Below are positions 26,317 through 36,326 of a DNA stretch of 64,000 bases, one piece after another. The stretch lies in the NCBI GenBank assembly GCA_902563505.1, contig CACEXK010000005.1, positions 6,636 to 70,635 on the forward strand, in the 5' to 3' direction. Below the pieces are notes generated by a model. The model did no database searches, was not told the origin of the DNA, and saw only the letters and a list, made by a program, of their open reading frames with translations. Each line of letters begins with the position of its first letter. Position 1 is the first letter of the stretch. The position numbers and the translations under genes were made by a program. Origin of the DNA: an uncultured Alphaproteobacteria bacterium (GTDB taxonomy: Bacteria; Pseudomonadota; Alphaproteobacteria; Methylaequorales; Methylaequoraceae).

Positions 26317-27242
26317 CTTCCTAGATGTTTGATTCCTTTTTTCTTGGCAATTTCTATTTGTCTATTTCTTTCACTAAAACCCTTCTTTTGATTTAATGAT
26401 GTATAATCCTTACATTTTGGGCAATAAACCCCTTTTTTATATTTTTTTGATTTTTTATCTTGGTCGGTAATAGCTGATCTACAGGCAAAACACTGATCAT
26501 ATTCACCCTTTTCCAGGTTTTCATTGACTGACACTCTCTCATCAAAAACAAAACATTCTCCTGTCCACTCTTTATTCTTATTTTTAGTTTTTTCTAAATA
26601 GTTTATAATTCCTCCATCAAGTTGATAGATTTGCTCAAAACCCTTATTTATTAGAAAACTACTGGCTTTTTCACACCTAATACCACCAGTACAAAACATT
26701 GCAATTTTTTTATTTTTAAGATATTTTTTGTTTTTCTCATACCAATTTGGGAATTCTGTAAAATTTGATGTATTAGTTTCTAAACATTTTTTGAATGTTC
26801 CAATTTCTGATTCATAATGATTTCTTGTATCAATTGTAATCACATTGTCGCTATTAATGAGATTATCCCATTTTTTTGGGTCAACATAACTTCCTGTCTT
26901 TTTTCTTTCAGAATTATCATCCAAACCCAACTTGATAATCTCTTTTTTAATCTTAATTTTAAGTCTTAAGAAAACATGATTATGATGTTTATTAATCTTT
27001 AACTTTATTTTTCTTTTTAAATGCTTGTTGAGAAAATTTGAAAAAAAATTCACTTTTTCATTTTTACATGACACAGTTCCATTTATTCCCTCTTTTGCAA
27101 GGATTATAGTTCCTTTAAAATTATTTTTTTTTAAAAAATCAGAAAAATAAATTTTTAGTTGTTCTATGTTATCAAGATTAATAAATTCATAAAAAGAAAT
27201 AACAACAAATTTATTAATTAAATGCATGATATTTTTCTTCAA
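26313..27242 (-). CDS. trhO: Rhodanese-domain tRNA uridine(34) hydroxylase (YceA/TrhO family)
   Basis: EGINGTV, IDTRNHYE, MFCTGGIRCEKAS, GECFVFDERV. Confidence 0.92.
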   Translation of the reverse strand: MKKNIMHLINKFVVISFYEFINLDNIEQLKIYFSDFLKKNNFKGTIILAKEGINGTVSCKNEKVNFFSNFLNKHLKRKIKLKINKHHNHVFLRLKIKIKKEIIKLGLDDNSERKKTGSYVDPKKWDNLINSDNVITIDTRNHYESEIGTFKKCLETNTSNFTEFPNWYEKNKKYLKNKKIAMFCTGGIRCEKASSFLINKGFEQIYQLDGGIINYLEKTKNKNKEWTGECFVFDERVSVNENLEKGEYDQCFACRSAITDQDKKSKKYKKGVYCPKCKDYTSLNQKKGFSERNRQIEIAKKKGIKHLGS

Positions 27243-27842
27243 AACCTTTTTAAGACACTCGTTGCAGTTGATCCCATATCACTTATTCCTCTCTTCGCGG
27301 TAATAACTGCAAACCTTGAAGAAAAAAATATAAAAAAATTTTCATTTTTTGTTTTTATTATTTCATCTTTTGTACTAACATTTTTTTCATTTTTCGGAAA
27401 TAATTTTTTGATTTTTATGGGTATATCATTACAGTCATTCCAAATTATTGGAGGAATATTTCTCTTGTTTATTTCCTATGAGATGGTTTTTGAAAAAAGA
27501 ATTGAAAGAAAAAAAAATCTGACAAATGAAATCATCGATGAAACTCAATTAAATAGTTTGGCTGTTTTTCCTGTTTCAATACCTTTGGTAGCTGGTCCAT
27601 CAGCGATAACATTATCTGTTCTTATATCAAAAAATTATGAAAATTCTTTTGTAAGTTTCTATGAACAAATTTTACCAATTTTAATAATTTTATTTCTAAC
27701 TTCTTTAATTATTATTTTTTCTAATTATATTTCTAGAAAACTAAATGTAACTGTAATAAAGGTTTTACAGAAAATTTTTGGTCTTTTGCTAGGTGCATTG
27801 TCTGTAGAATTCATTATCAATGGTATAAAAGATTCAATATGA
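27222..27842 (+). CDS. MarC family membrane protein
   Basis: DPISLIPLF, FQIIGGIFL, PLVAGPSAI, GLLLGALSVEFI. Confidence 0.9.
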   Translation: MHDIFLQNLFKTLVAVDPISLIPLFAVITANLEEKNIKKFSFFVFIISSFVLTFFSFFGNNFLIFMGISLQSFQIIGGIFLLFISYEMVFEKRIERKKNLTNEIIDETQLNSLAVFPVSIPLVAGPSAITLSVLISKNYENSFVSFYEQILPILIILFLTSLIIIFSNYISRKLNVTVIKVLQKIFGLLLGALSVEFIINGIKDSI

Positions 27843-28003
27843 AAATAAAATCACCATGTATAAGTATATGCGAATTGGATACCAAGACTGGTCTGTGCAT
27901 AGGTTGCCTTAGGACTTCTCAGGAGATTGCTGGATGGAAAACATTAACTGATATGGAAAAAAAAAAAATTCTTAAGCTAGTTAGAGAGAGACAAAATGTT
28001 TAA
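27839..28003 (+). CDS. DUF1289 family small Cys-rich protein, 54 aa (not in the ORF track)
   Basis: MKIKSPCISICELDTKTGLCIGCLRTSQEIAGW...; ATGA overlap with the marC stop. Confidence 0.9.
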   Translation: MKIKSPCISICELDTKTGLCIGCLRTSQEIAGWKTLTDMEKKKILKLVRERQNV

Positions 28004-28313
28004 ATTGCCTATTTTTTTATTTCTACTTTTTTGGTTTAGTTTTGCTTATTCTAACAATCCTTGGGTTGGTGAGTGGATTGCTTTAGATAAATGGCAATCA
28101 GAATTCCGAATTATAATTGATGATGATGGTGGTGCAAAAACAGATTATGGTTCAGGTGATAATGGTAAATGGAAAATAGTTGACGGTAACTTAGAGATTT
28201 TCTGGAAATCTGGAAAAAAGGATTACTTTTTTAATGGTGTCATGGGATATCAAAGAATAAGCAAAAGTAAGAACGAAAGCTATACCTCAGGGATAAAAAA
28301 ACTATCTGACTAA
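27996..28313 (+). CDS. Exported hypothetical beta-rich protein
   Basis: Signal peptide, WVGEW...GKWKIVDGNLEIFW. Confidence 0.7.
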   Translation: MFKLPIFLFLLFWFSFAYSNNPWVGEWIALDKWQSEFRIIIDDDGGAKTDYGSGDNGKWKIVDGNLEIFWKSGKKDYFFNGVMGYQRISKSKNESYTSGIKKLSD

Positions 28314-28592
28314 CTTTAAGTTTGGTTTTTTTAAATAACTTATTAGCTTGTTAAGTTTATGTGATGTAACTACTACATTATTTTGAAATGATAGTGTAAA
28401 GTGGCAATTACTAAACTTGCTTTTTTTGATTTCAAAATAAGGGCCAAGTTTAAAGGATTTGTGAATAGCGAAGATCGCATAGTTTTTTCTAAAACTTATT
28501 GAATAATCCTTCCATTCGCCAATAGATATTTTTTTCGAGTAAACATCCATAATTAGGTTAATTTCTTTTTTTTCAAATCTGACTAATTTCAT
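28302..28592 (-). CDS. DUF2794 family protein
   Basis: FEKKEINLIMDVYSKKISIGEWKDYSI pattern. Confidence 0.8.
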   Translation of the reverse strand: MKLVRFEKKEINLIMDVYSKKISIGEWKDYSISFRKNYAIFAIHKSFKLGPYFEIKKSKFSNCHFTLSFQNNVVVTSHKLNKLISYLKKPNLKLVR

Positions 28593-28694
28593 AACACCAA
28601 ATATATATTGAATTTTTTTTAATTCTCTTTAAATACAATACTTAATTTTATGTTATAAAAATTAAAAAAAAATAAAAATATTAGAAAATTTAAA

Positions 28695-29336
28695 ATGAGT
28701 GAAGAATTTATAAGAGAAGTAGATGAAGATATTAGGGAAGAGCAAAGGATCAAACTTTGGAAAAAAGTTCTACCCTATGTAGTTAGTGTTTCTCTTGGTA
28801 TAGTTATTTTTACTTCTGGCTTTGTTTTTTGGGAGAATTATACAAAAAAAAATAACCAAAAACTTGGTGATGACTTTACCGCAGCTGTTCAATTAGCAAA
28901 AGAAGAAGATATTGATGCAGCACTAATCGCTTTAGACAGTATTGTGGACAAAGGTTCAGATGGGTATGCAACAATTGCAAAAATGAAAAAGGCTTCCTTA
29001 TTAATAGAAAATGGAAACATTGAAAAAGGTTTAGATATATATTTAGATTTGGAAAAAAATGCAATCGATCAATCCTTTAGGGATATTGCAACAATTCTTT
29101 TTGTAATAAATTCTATGGATAAATCTGATCCTGACATTTTATTAGAAAAAGTAAAACCATTAGAGGCGAGTAATATTTGGAAATCCTCAGCATTAGAATT
29201 GAAAGCTTTTATATTCTTAAAGAAGAATGATAAAAAATCTGCAAAAGAAACTTTTAAAAATATCCTTGAAATGAAGAGTTCACCATCATCTTTATCTAAA
29301 AGAGCTCGAAATATGATAGAATTCTTAGAGGATTAG
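28695..29336 (+). CDS. YfgM-like TPR membrane protein
   Basis: FIREVDEDIREEQ start, one TM, TPR-like helices; precedes bamB-der. Confidence 0.85.
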   Translation: MSEEFIREVDEDIREEQRIKLWKKVLPYVVSVSLGIVIFTSGFVFWENYTKKNNQKLGDDFTAAVQLAKEEDIDAALIALDSIVDKGSDGYATIAKMKKASLLIENGNIEKGLDIYLDLEKNAIDQSFRDIATILFVINSMDKSDPDILLEKVKPLEASNIWKSSALELKAFIFLKKNDKKSAKETFKNILEMKSSPSSLSKRARNMIEFLED

Positions 29337-29341
29337 AAATA

Positions 29342-30634
29342 TTGTCAAAACTAAAATTATTATTTTTAATTTTTTTTTTCTTTAACTTAAACTCTTGTGC
29401 TTATTTTGAGGAAGAGGAAGATAAGATCCTTCCAGGAAAAAGAGAAAGTATATTTTCCAACGAAGATGAACTTATTGTTAAAACTAGCAAAAAAATTACT
29501 ATTGATGAACCATTTTCTATATATTCTTGGAATCAACAATATCAAAATACTAGAAATCATCTCTTTCATTTTAAAAGCAAGCCAAATCTCAAACTTATAA
29601 AGAGAATTGAACTGGGTGATTTAAATTTTAAAAATATTGAATACATTGTTTCGCCAGTGATTAACGGAAATGTAATTTTTTATTCTGATAATAGTTTTAA
29701 TATTTTTGCTAAAAACCTAACAAATGGAAAAACAATTTGGAAGATAAAATTAGAGAAGGAAAAATCTGAGAATTTTTCTTTTATTGGTGGATTATCATTA
29801 GATGAAAAATTCCTGTATGTTACAACTGGTCTTGGTAATGTCTATTGTATAGATATTTTAAAGGCTAAAATTGAATGGACAAAGAGTTTTCTTATTCAAT
29901 TTTCACGCCCACCACTTGCTTATGAAAATAAGTTATTCGTAATTTCTGATGACAATCAAACATTTGCTTTGAATAAGTTAAATGGTGAAACATTGTGGGC
30001 ACACACTGGTAATATTGAGGAAATATCAATAATTGGTGGTTCGAAACCGATAATTGAAGAAAATATATTAATAGTAACTTATTCATCAGGAGAGATTTAT
30101 GCTTTAAATGATAGTGATGGCTCTACAATTTGGTTTGATAATTTAAGTTCTCATAGTTTTTTTGTAAAAAGTAATGTAAATGATATCCAAGCACCTGCAA
30201 CCATAGTGAAAGATAATGTTTATGTACCTTCTTTCTCTGAAAAACTCATGGTTTATGACTTAAAAACTGGTAGAGAAAAATGGAATATTAAAGTTTCATC
30301 AATTAATCCTTTGGTGATTTCTGCTGACACAATGTTTATTTTAGATACATCTGGGAAACTTCTATGTTTGGATAAAACAAACGGAAAATTATTGTGGGCG
30401 GTTCAGTTAAAAATTTCAAATAAAGGTGAAGAAATAAATTGGTATGGTCCTTTACTTTCAACTAATAAATTATTAGTAGTAAATTCAAAAGGTTTGGTTT
30501 TATCTCTCTCTCCTTTTACAGGGAGAATTCTTAGTAAAACAAAATTTGATGAAGGGATTTTGACAAACCCTTTTCAAGTTAAGGAGAATATTTTTTTGAT
30601 TTCTGAAGAAGGCACTTTATTTATTTTAGGTTAA
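29342..30634 (+). CDS. bamB: BamB-like PQQ beta-propeller lipoprotein
   Basis: Lipobox LNSC, LPGKRE, repeated GxxxW propeller motifs; yfgM-bamB-der synteny. Confidence 0.8.
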   Translation: MSKLKLLFLIFFFFNLNSCAYFEEEEDKILPGKRESIFSNEDELIVKTSKKITIDEPFSIYSWNQQYQNTRNHLFHFKSKPNLKLIKRIELGDLNFKNIEYIVSPVINGNVIFYSDNSFNIFAKNLTNGKTIWKIKLEKEKSENFSFIGGLSLDEKFLYVTTGLGNVYCIDILKAKIEWTKSFLIQFSRPPLAYENKLFVISDDNQTFALNKLNGETLWAHTGNIEEISIIGGSKPIIEENILIVTYSSGEIYALNDSDGSTIWFDNLSSHSFFVKSNVNDIQAPATIVKDNVYVPSFSEKLMVYDLKTGREKWNIKVSSINPLVISADTMFILDTSGKLLCLDKTNGKLLWAVQLKISNKGEEINWYGPLLSTNKLLVVNSKGLVLSLSPFTGRILSKTKFDEGILTNPFQVKENIFLISEEGTLFILG

Positions 30635-30635
30635 A

Positions 30636-31961
30636 ATGTTGAACAAAGTTATTATTTTAGGAAAACCAAATGTTGGAAAGTCTTCCTTGTTCAATGTTAT
30701 GCTAGGAAAGAAAATGGCAATTGAGGATAACTTTTCTGGACTTACAAGAGATCTAAAATATAAGAAAATAAAAGCTTTTGATAAGAATTTCGATTTGATT
30801 GATTCCCCTGGAATATTTAAACCTAAAAGTGCAATAGAAAAAAAAATTCAAGAAAAAAATAATAATTTTTTAAAAAAATGTACTCTTATTATTTTTGTTA
30901 TTGATGGAAAAGAACCCTTAACAACCCAAGACTATGATGTAGTAAGAAGAATAAGGAAGAGCGGAAAGAAAATAATACTTGTCATCAATAAAAGTGAAGG
31001 AAAGCTTGATGCAAAGATCTTAAATGATTCTTTTAATTTAGGCTTTGGAGAACCAGTGATGGTATCAGCCTCTCATAATCAAGGGATTGATCAACTTTTA
31101 CTTACTATAACTGAAAAACTTCCTGAAGGCATCATTGAGGATGAAGATCTTGAAAAATTTGATATCTCAATAGCTATTGTAGGAAAAACTAACTCCGGAA
31201 AATCCTCAATTCTTAATGTGTTGAAAGGAGAGGAAATTTCACTAACGGGAGAAATGCCAAATTTAACAAGAGATTCAGTGGAAACTTTTATCAAAGCTAA
31301 AAATATTAAATTAAAAATCATTGATACTGCAGGCTTCACCAAAACAAGAATAAAAGATAATTTAGTTGAAAAACTCTCAATGGATATCACCAAAAAAAAA
31401 ATAAGATTATCAAAATTTATTTTAATTGTTATTGATATTGAAGACTATTTTGAAAAACTCCATTCAAAAATAATCAAACTAGTATATGAAGAAAATAGAT
31501 GTATGTTTTTACTGATTAATAAAATTGATAAGATAAAAAATTATTCAAAAAAAAATATTATTGAACGAATATATAACCTCAATCCAAGAATAAAAGGTGT
31601 TCCGATCTATTTTGTTTCAGCAAAGGAAAAAATTGGGTTTGATTCATTGATAGAGGGAATAAATTCACAAATTAAATTGTGGAGCCGAAGAATTTCAACT
31701 GGTAGATTAAATAATTGGTTAAATATGATTATGAAGAAAAACCCTCCACCAATGCATAGAGGTAATATTGTAAAATTAAAATTTATTATGCAAGTTAATA
31801 CCTCTCCTCCGAAGTTTAATATTTTTATGAATTACCCAGAGATATTAAAAGATCCATACAAGAGATACTTAGAAAATAATCTAAAAAAGTATTTTGGAAT
31901 GGATGGCTTGCCATTAAAGATAATTTTCAAGAAATCCGAGAACCCTTTCAATGCAAAATAA
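30636..31961 (+). CDS. der: Ribosome biogenesis GTPase Der
   Basis: Two G domains (GKPNVGKS, GKTNSGKS), KH-like C-terminus. Confidence 0.97.
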   Translation: MLNKVIILGKPNVGKSSLFNVMLGKKMAIEDNFSGLTRDLKYKKIKAFDKNFDLIDSPGIFKPKSAIEKKIQEKNNNFLKKCTLIIFVIDGKEPLTTQDYDVVRRIRKSGKKIILVINKSEGKLDAKILNDSFNLGFGEPVMVSASHNQGIDQLLLTITEKLPEGIIEDEDLEKFDISIAIVGKTNSGKSSILNVLKGEEISLTGEMPNLTRDSVETFIKAKNIKLKIIDTAGFTKTRIKDNLVEKLSMDITKKKIRLSKFILIVIDIEDYFEKLHSKIIKLVYEENRCMFLLINKIDKIKNYSKKNIIERIYNLNPRIKGVPIYFVSAKEKIGFDSLIEGINSQIKLWSRRISTGRLNNWLNMIMKKNPPPMHRGNIVKLKFIMQVNTSPPKFNIFMNYPEILKDPYKRYLENNLKKYFGMDGLPLKIIFKKSENPFNAK

Positions 31962-32256
31962 AATTATATTTTTATTTTTTTTTTGTTATTTCAGTCAAAT
32001 TTCAAATGTAGAATCTGATTCTATAGAGATTTCCATAATAGTAGAGAATTGCAAATCGTGTCATGGAGAGAATTATGAAGGCAATCAATATATAAAGTCC
32101 TTGAAAGATTTAAAAAAAAATCAATTTGTTAAAAGGATGAATCAATACAAATTTTCTCAAGAAAACTCTGTAATGGTTAGAATAACAAAAGTTCTTTCAA
32201 AACAGGACATTTTAAAAATTGCAAATTATATTTATGAAAAAAATCCAAAAAAATAG
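31951..32256 (+). CDS. Monoheme cytochrome c, flavocytochrome c cytochrome subunit-like
   Basis: Signal peptide, CKSCHG heme motif, SVMVRI axial Met region. Confidence 0.85.
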   Translation: MQNKIIFLFFFCYFSQISNVESDSIEISIIVENCKSCHGENYEGNQYIKSLKDLKKNQFVKRMNQYKFSQENSVMVRITKVLSKQDILKIANYIYEKNPKK

Positions 32257-33508
32257 AAGAAAATTTATAAAAGATATTTCTAAATTGACATTATTTGTAT
32301 TGTTGAATCAAATTTTATTTTCTAAAAAAATTTTCGCTCATAATAGGCCTAAAGTTGTTGTAATAGGATTGGGTTTTGGCGGGGCAACATGCGTCAAATA
32401 TCTCTCTAATTTTTCTAGAATTTTAGATTTAGTTGTCATAGAGAAGAATGAAAAAATACAAACTTGTCCTTTTTCAAACCTTGTGATCGGAGATATTATG
32501 AACTATAGCTCAATTACATTCGACCCTAATATTAAATTTAATAATTCAAATGTAAGGTATATAGACTCTGAAAAAAAAAAGGTTTTTTTTAATGATCATG
32601 ATACTCTTGACTACGACTTTTTGATTCTTTCTCCTGGAATAGGTTTCAAAAAAGATCAAATTTCTGGATATTCTTTAGATAATGATTCACATGTGCCGCA
32701 TTGTTGGGATGGTGAAAAAAAACTAATAAATTTTAAAAAAAGATTAAATAGATTAGAAAATAATTCTAAAATTATAATTTCTGCGCCTGATTATCCCTAC
32801 AGATGCCCTCCAGCACCTTATGAAAGAGCCTCAATGATTGCTTATTATTTAAAAAAAAAGGGACTTAAATATAAGATATATGTTTTTGACGCAAAAAACT
32901 CTTTCACTAAGAAAGAAATTTTTCTTCAGGAGTGGAAAGATCATTATACAGATTCGATAAAATGGATAAGCAGAGATCAGGGGGGGCAAATTGTTTCTCT
33001 TGACCAAAAAAATAAAATTATAGAGACTTCGAATGGAACTAAATTACAAGCTGACTTAATTCATATAATTCCAGAGCAAAAAGCTTCTAATTTACTTTCT
33101 GACTCTAATCTCTGTGATCATGATTGGTGTCAAGTGAATCCAATGACTTTTGAGGTTAATGGACAAAAAGACATATTTGTTGTTGGCGATTCAATTGATG
33201 CTGGGGATATGCCAAAGTCTGCTTTTTCAGCCAATAGTCAAGCTAATATTCTTTCAATTAATCTAGTTAATCTTATTCTTCAAAAAGATTTTATTGATCC
33301 AGTTTTTTTAAATACTTGTTATAGTTTTTCATCTAAAAATAGAGCTTTCTCTATTACCGCATGGTATAAGTTAAACTCTTCAAAAGATAGAATTGTATCA
33401 TTAGGAAGCAAACAGAGTGATATTTTATCAAACCATGAAGAAAGGTTTGAAGAATCACAACATGCATATGGTTGGTATGAAACAATTACGAAATCACTTT
33501 ATAGTTAG
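32234..33508 (+). CDS. fccB: Flavocytochrome c sulfide dehydrogenase flavoprotein (FccB/SoxF)
   Basis: Tat signal NRRKFIK, GLGFGGAT, CPFSN, YRCPPAPYERAS, MPKSAFSANSQA, NTCYS. Confidence 0.88.
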   Translation: MKKIQKNRRKFIKDISKLTLFVLLNQILFSKKIFAHNRPKVVVIGLGFGGATCVKYLSNFSRILDLVVIEKNEKIQTCPFSNLVIGDIMNYSSITFDPNIKFNNSNVRYIDSEKKKVFFNDHDTLDYDFLILSPGIGFKKDQISGYSLDNDSHVPHCWDGEKKLINFKKRLNRLENNSKIIISAPDYPYRCPPAPYERASMIAYYLKKKGLKYKIYVFDAKNSFTKKEIFLQEWKDHYTDSIKWISRDQGGQIVSLDQKNKIIETSNGTKLQADLIHIIPEQKASNLLSDSNLCDHDWCQVNPMTFEVNGQKDIFVVGDSIDAGDMPKSAFSANSQANILSINLVNLILQKDFIDPVFLNTCYSFSSKNRAFSITAWYKLNSSKDRIVSLGSKQSDILSNHEERFEESQHAYGWYETITKSLYS

Positions 33509-34218
33509 ATATTAAAATAAAATTTGTCTTTTTGATCAGAAAAACCTATTTTAATTATTTTTTCAATTATCTTTTTTGAGGATTCTTGGACTTTAGTCTC
33601 GTTATTTAGAATAGAAGTTATTCCTTGGTTTAAACTTTTCAAATTAATTAGTTTAATTTGAATATTGAGTCTTTTGTTCTCCTCAAAGTAGATTTTAGCC
33701 ATGGATTCCATTGCCGCATTTGTAATGCTAAAAATATTATAAAAAGCTTTTCCCTTACCAATTATTTCGTTATTTAAAAAAATTACTTTGGGTTTAGGTG
33801 ACTTATTAAGAAGTAATTCTAACTCTTTTAATGTTCTCCAAAATGAGCTGAGATTTATTTCAATCATATCATTCCATTCTTTATGAGAAAAATGAGTAAG
33901 GGGTGCTAGTCTATTGAAATTTCCAGTGACATTTATCAAAAAGTCTAGAGCTTCAAACCTGGATGAAACAAGGTTTAGTAATTCAGTATAAAATTTTTTA
34001 TCAAGGATATCTGATTGAAGAAGAATCTGCTTTACCCCCAATGTTTTAATTTCATCATCTAATTTGCTAAGTTTTTCTATCGATCTCCCATGCAAAATTA
34101 GTTTACAGCCAAGTTGTGATAATCTTAAAGCAAGCCTGTGACCCAGATATCCTGTGGACCCAAAAATGATTCCATTACTACCTTTAAGCGTGATCATGAA
34201 AAAATTATTTTGTTTCAA
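33505..34218 (-). CDS. Short-chain dehydrogenase-like protein with degenerate catalytic motif
   Basis: GSTGYLG Rossmann motif; FSITN where YxxxK is expected; conserved position after purF. Confidence 0.75.
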   Translation of the reverse strand: MKQNNFFMITLKGSNGIIFGSTGYLGHRLALRLSQLGCKLILHGRSIEKLSKLDDEIKTLGVKQILLQSDILDKKFYTELLNLVSSRFEALDFLINVTGNFNRLAPLTHFSHKEWNDMIEINLSSFWRTLKELELLLNKSPKPKVIFLNNEIIGKGKAFYNIFSITNAAMESMAKIYFEENKRLNIQIKLINLKSLNQGITSILNNETKVQESSKKIIEKIIKIGFSDQKDKFYFNI

Positions 34219-35662
34219 TTAATAAAGAAAGTTGAGATGGTATCGTGCCAGATTTTTGGTCTATTAATTCCACAGGATAATCTCCACTGAAGTAATGATC
34301 AGTAAATTTCGGATCTTTCTCATCTCTACCCACAGGATACCCTAATGCTCTGTATACACCGTCAAGGCTTATAAATTTGATAGAGTCAACACCTATAAAT
34401 TCTTTAATTTGTTTAATTGAATACTTTGATGCTAATAATTCTTCCATTGTTGGGGTGTCGATACCATAAAAACAAGGATGTTTAACTGGTGGGCTTGCTA
34501 TTCTCATATGAATTTTTTTTACTCCAGAATTTCTCAACATTTCAACGATTTTTACTGAAGTCGTTCCTCGAACAATTGAATCATCAATGAGAGCAACATT
34601 TTTATTCTTTAATGAAGATAAATTAGGATTATGCTTAAGTTTTACAGATAAATTTCTTATTGAGTGTGAATCTTGAATAAAAGTTCTCCCCGTGTAGTGG
34701 TTTCTAATAATACCAAACTCAAATGGCTTTTTGATTTTTTCAGCATAACCCAATGCAGATGCATTTCCGGAGTCAGGAATTGGTACCACTATGTCAACCA
34801 ACTGTCTATCTCCTAGATTTTCTTTTGCAAGTTGGTACCCAATTTTTTTCCTTACATCATAAACATTTCTTCCTTGAAGAATACTATCAGGCCTTGAAAA
34901 ATATATATATTCGAAAAGACAAGGTCTTAGTTTTGTTTTTTTAAATGGTCTCACAGATTCGATTGTATTTTTTTTAATTACAACAATTTCACCAGGCTCA
35001 ATGTCTCTAATAAGTTCTGCACCAATAATATCAAGGCCACAACTCTCGGAACTTAAAACAAAAGATTCACCTAACTTTCCTAATACTAGTGGTCTTATAC
35101 CAAATGGGTCTCGAACAGCTATCAGCGTATTGTTAGTCATTAGTATTAAGGAAAAAGCACCGGAAATTGAATGTAGCGCGTAAATAAGTCTATCAATAAG
35201 TGTCCCCTTTGCAGTAGAAATAAGGTGAAGTATAACTTCGGTATCGGATGTAGATTGAAAAATTGAACCAGACTTTATTAACTGATCTTTTAGTTTGTGA
35301 GTATTTGTTAAGTTGCCGTTATGAGCTATTGCTATTCCACCAATATTTAATTCTGAAAATAAAGGTTGGACATTTTTTAGAGCAGATTCACCTGTTGTTC
35401 CATATCTATTGTGACCAATGCAGATTTCCCCTTTTAATTCATTTAGTAATTTATTGTCAGAAAATACTTCGGATACCTGTCCCATTCCTCTATGTGCAAA
35501 AAAATTGTTATGATCAGATGTAACCATTCCTGCTGAGTCCTGACCTCTATGTTGCAGTGCATGTAAACCTAATACAGTGAGTTTGGCTGCTTCATTATGA
35601 TTAGATATACCAAAAACTCCACATTCCTCTTGAGGTTTATTTTTTGAAAAGAAATATTTCAC
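34205..35662 (-). CDS. purF: Amidophosphoribosyltransferase
   Basis: EECGVFG, LQHRGQ, HNRYGT, DDSIVRGTT. Confidence 0.98.
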   Translation of the reverse strand: MKYFFSKNKPQEECGVFGISNHNEAAKLTVLGLHALQHRGQDSAGMVTSDHNNFFAHRGMGQVSEVFSDNKLLNELKGEICIGHNRYGTTGESALKNVQPLFSELNIGGIAIAHNGNLTNTHKLKDQLIKSGSIFQSTSDTEVILHLISTAKGTLIDRLIYALHSISGAFSLILMTNNTLIAVRDPFGIRPLVLGKLGESFVLSSESCGLDIIGAELIRDIEPGEIVVIKKNTIESVRPFKKTKLRPCLFEYIYFSRPDSILQGRNVYDVRKKIGYQLAKENLGDRQLVDIVVPIPDSGNASALGYAEKIKKPFEFGIIRNHYTGRTFIQDSHSIRNLSVKLKHNPNLSSLKNKNVALIDDSIVRGTTSVKIVEMLRNSGVKKIHMRIASPPVKHPCFYGIDTPTMEELLASKYSIKQIKEFIGVDSIKFISLDGVYRALGYPVGRDEKDPKFTDHYFSGDYPVELIDQKSGTIPSQLSLLIETK

Positions 35663-35663
35663 A

Positions 35664-36311
35664 CTATTCCAGATTCTCTATAAGGTATTCCAAATTTTTT
35701 TTGTCACTTTCATTATAGGTTTTTGATGTTTCATCGATTGTCTTCTTTAGTTTTATATGTGAATCAATACTTTTTTCAAATAATTTTTCAGATTTTTTCT
35801 CGATGTCTTCTCTAAATCTTTTAGAAAATTCATTTTCTTTGTTGATTGAATTGAGAATTTTTTCATTGGTAATTAATATGATAAAATTAAATTTTGATTT
35901 TTCAATCCATTGAATTTCTTTTTCTTTAAAAAAATAATGAAAAATAAATAAGCAGAGACTGACTAATAAATAACCTCTTAAAATACCAAAAAAAAAGCCA
36001 GCTGTTCTATCAATTATCCCTATATAACTTTTTTTAATAGATACCGAAAACTTTTGAGTAATATAAGAAAGAAAAAAAAATATTAATAAAAAAGTTAAAA
36101 CATATGAAAGGATACTGGAAATCAATAAGTTATCCAGGAGTTTATTTACATTATTAACAAAATGCCCACCAAGATTGTATGATAATATAAAAGATAGAAT
36201 CCAGGTAAATAGTGAGAGTGACTCAAGTGAAAACCCTCTCCAAAATGAAAAAAAAGCTGACAAAAGTATTATTGCCAAAATTGTAAAATCAAAAATAAGG
36301 TATGTTTCCAA
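35664..36311 (-). CDS. cvpA: CvpA (colicin V production) family membrane protein
   Basis: RGFSLE, DRTAGFFFGILRG; directly upstream of purF. Confidence 0.9.
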   Translation of the reverse strand: METYLIFDFTILAIILLSAFFSFWRGFSLESLSLFTWILSFILSYNLGGHFVNNVNKLLDNLLISSILSYVLTFLLIFFFLSYITQKFSVSIKKSYIGIIDRTAGFFFGILRGYLLVSLCLFIFHYFFKEKEIQWIEKSKFNFIILITNEKILNSINKENEFSKRFREDIEKKSEKLFEKSIDSHIKLKKTIDETSKTYNESDKKNLEYLIENLE

Positions 36312-36326
36312 CGGTCTACTCCAGAG

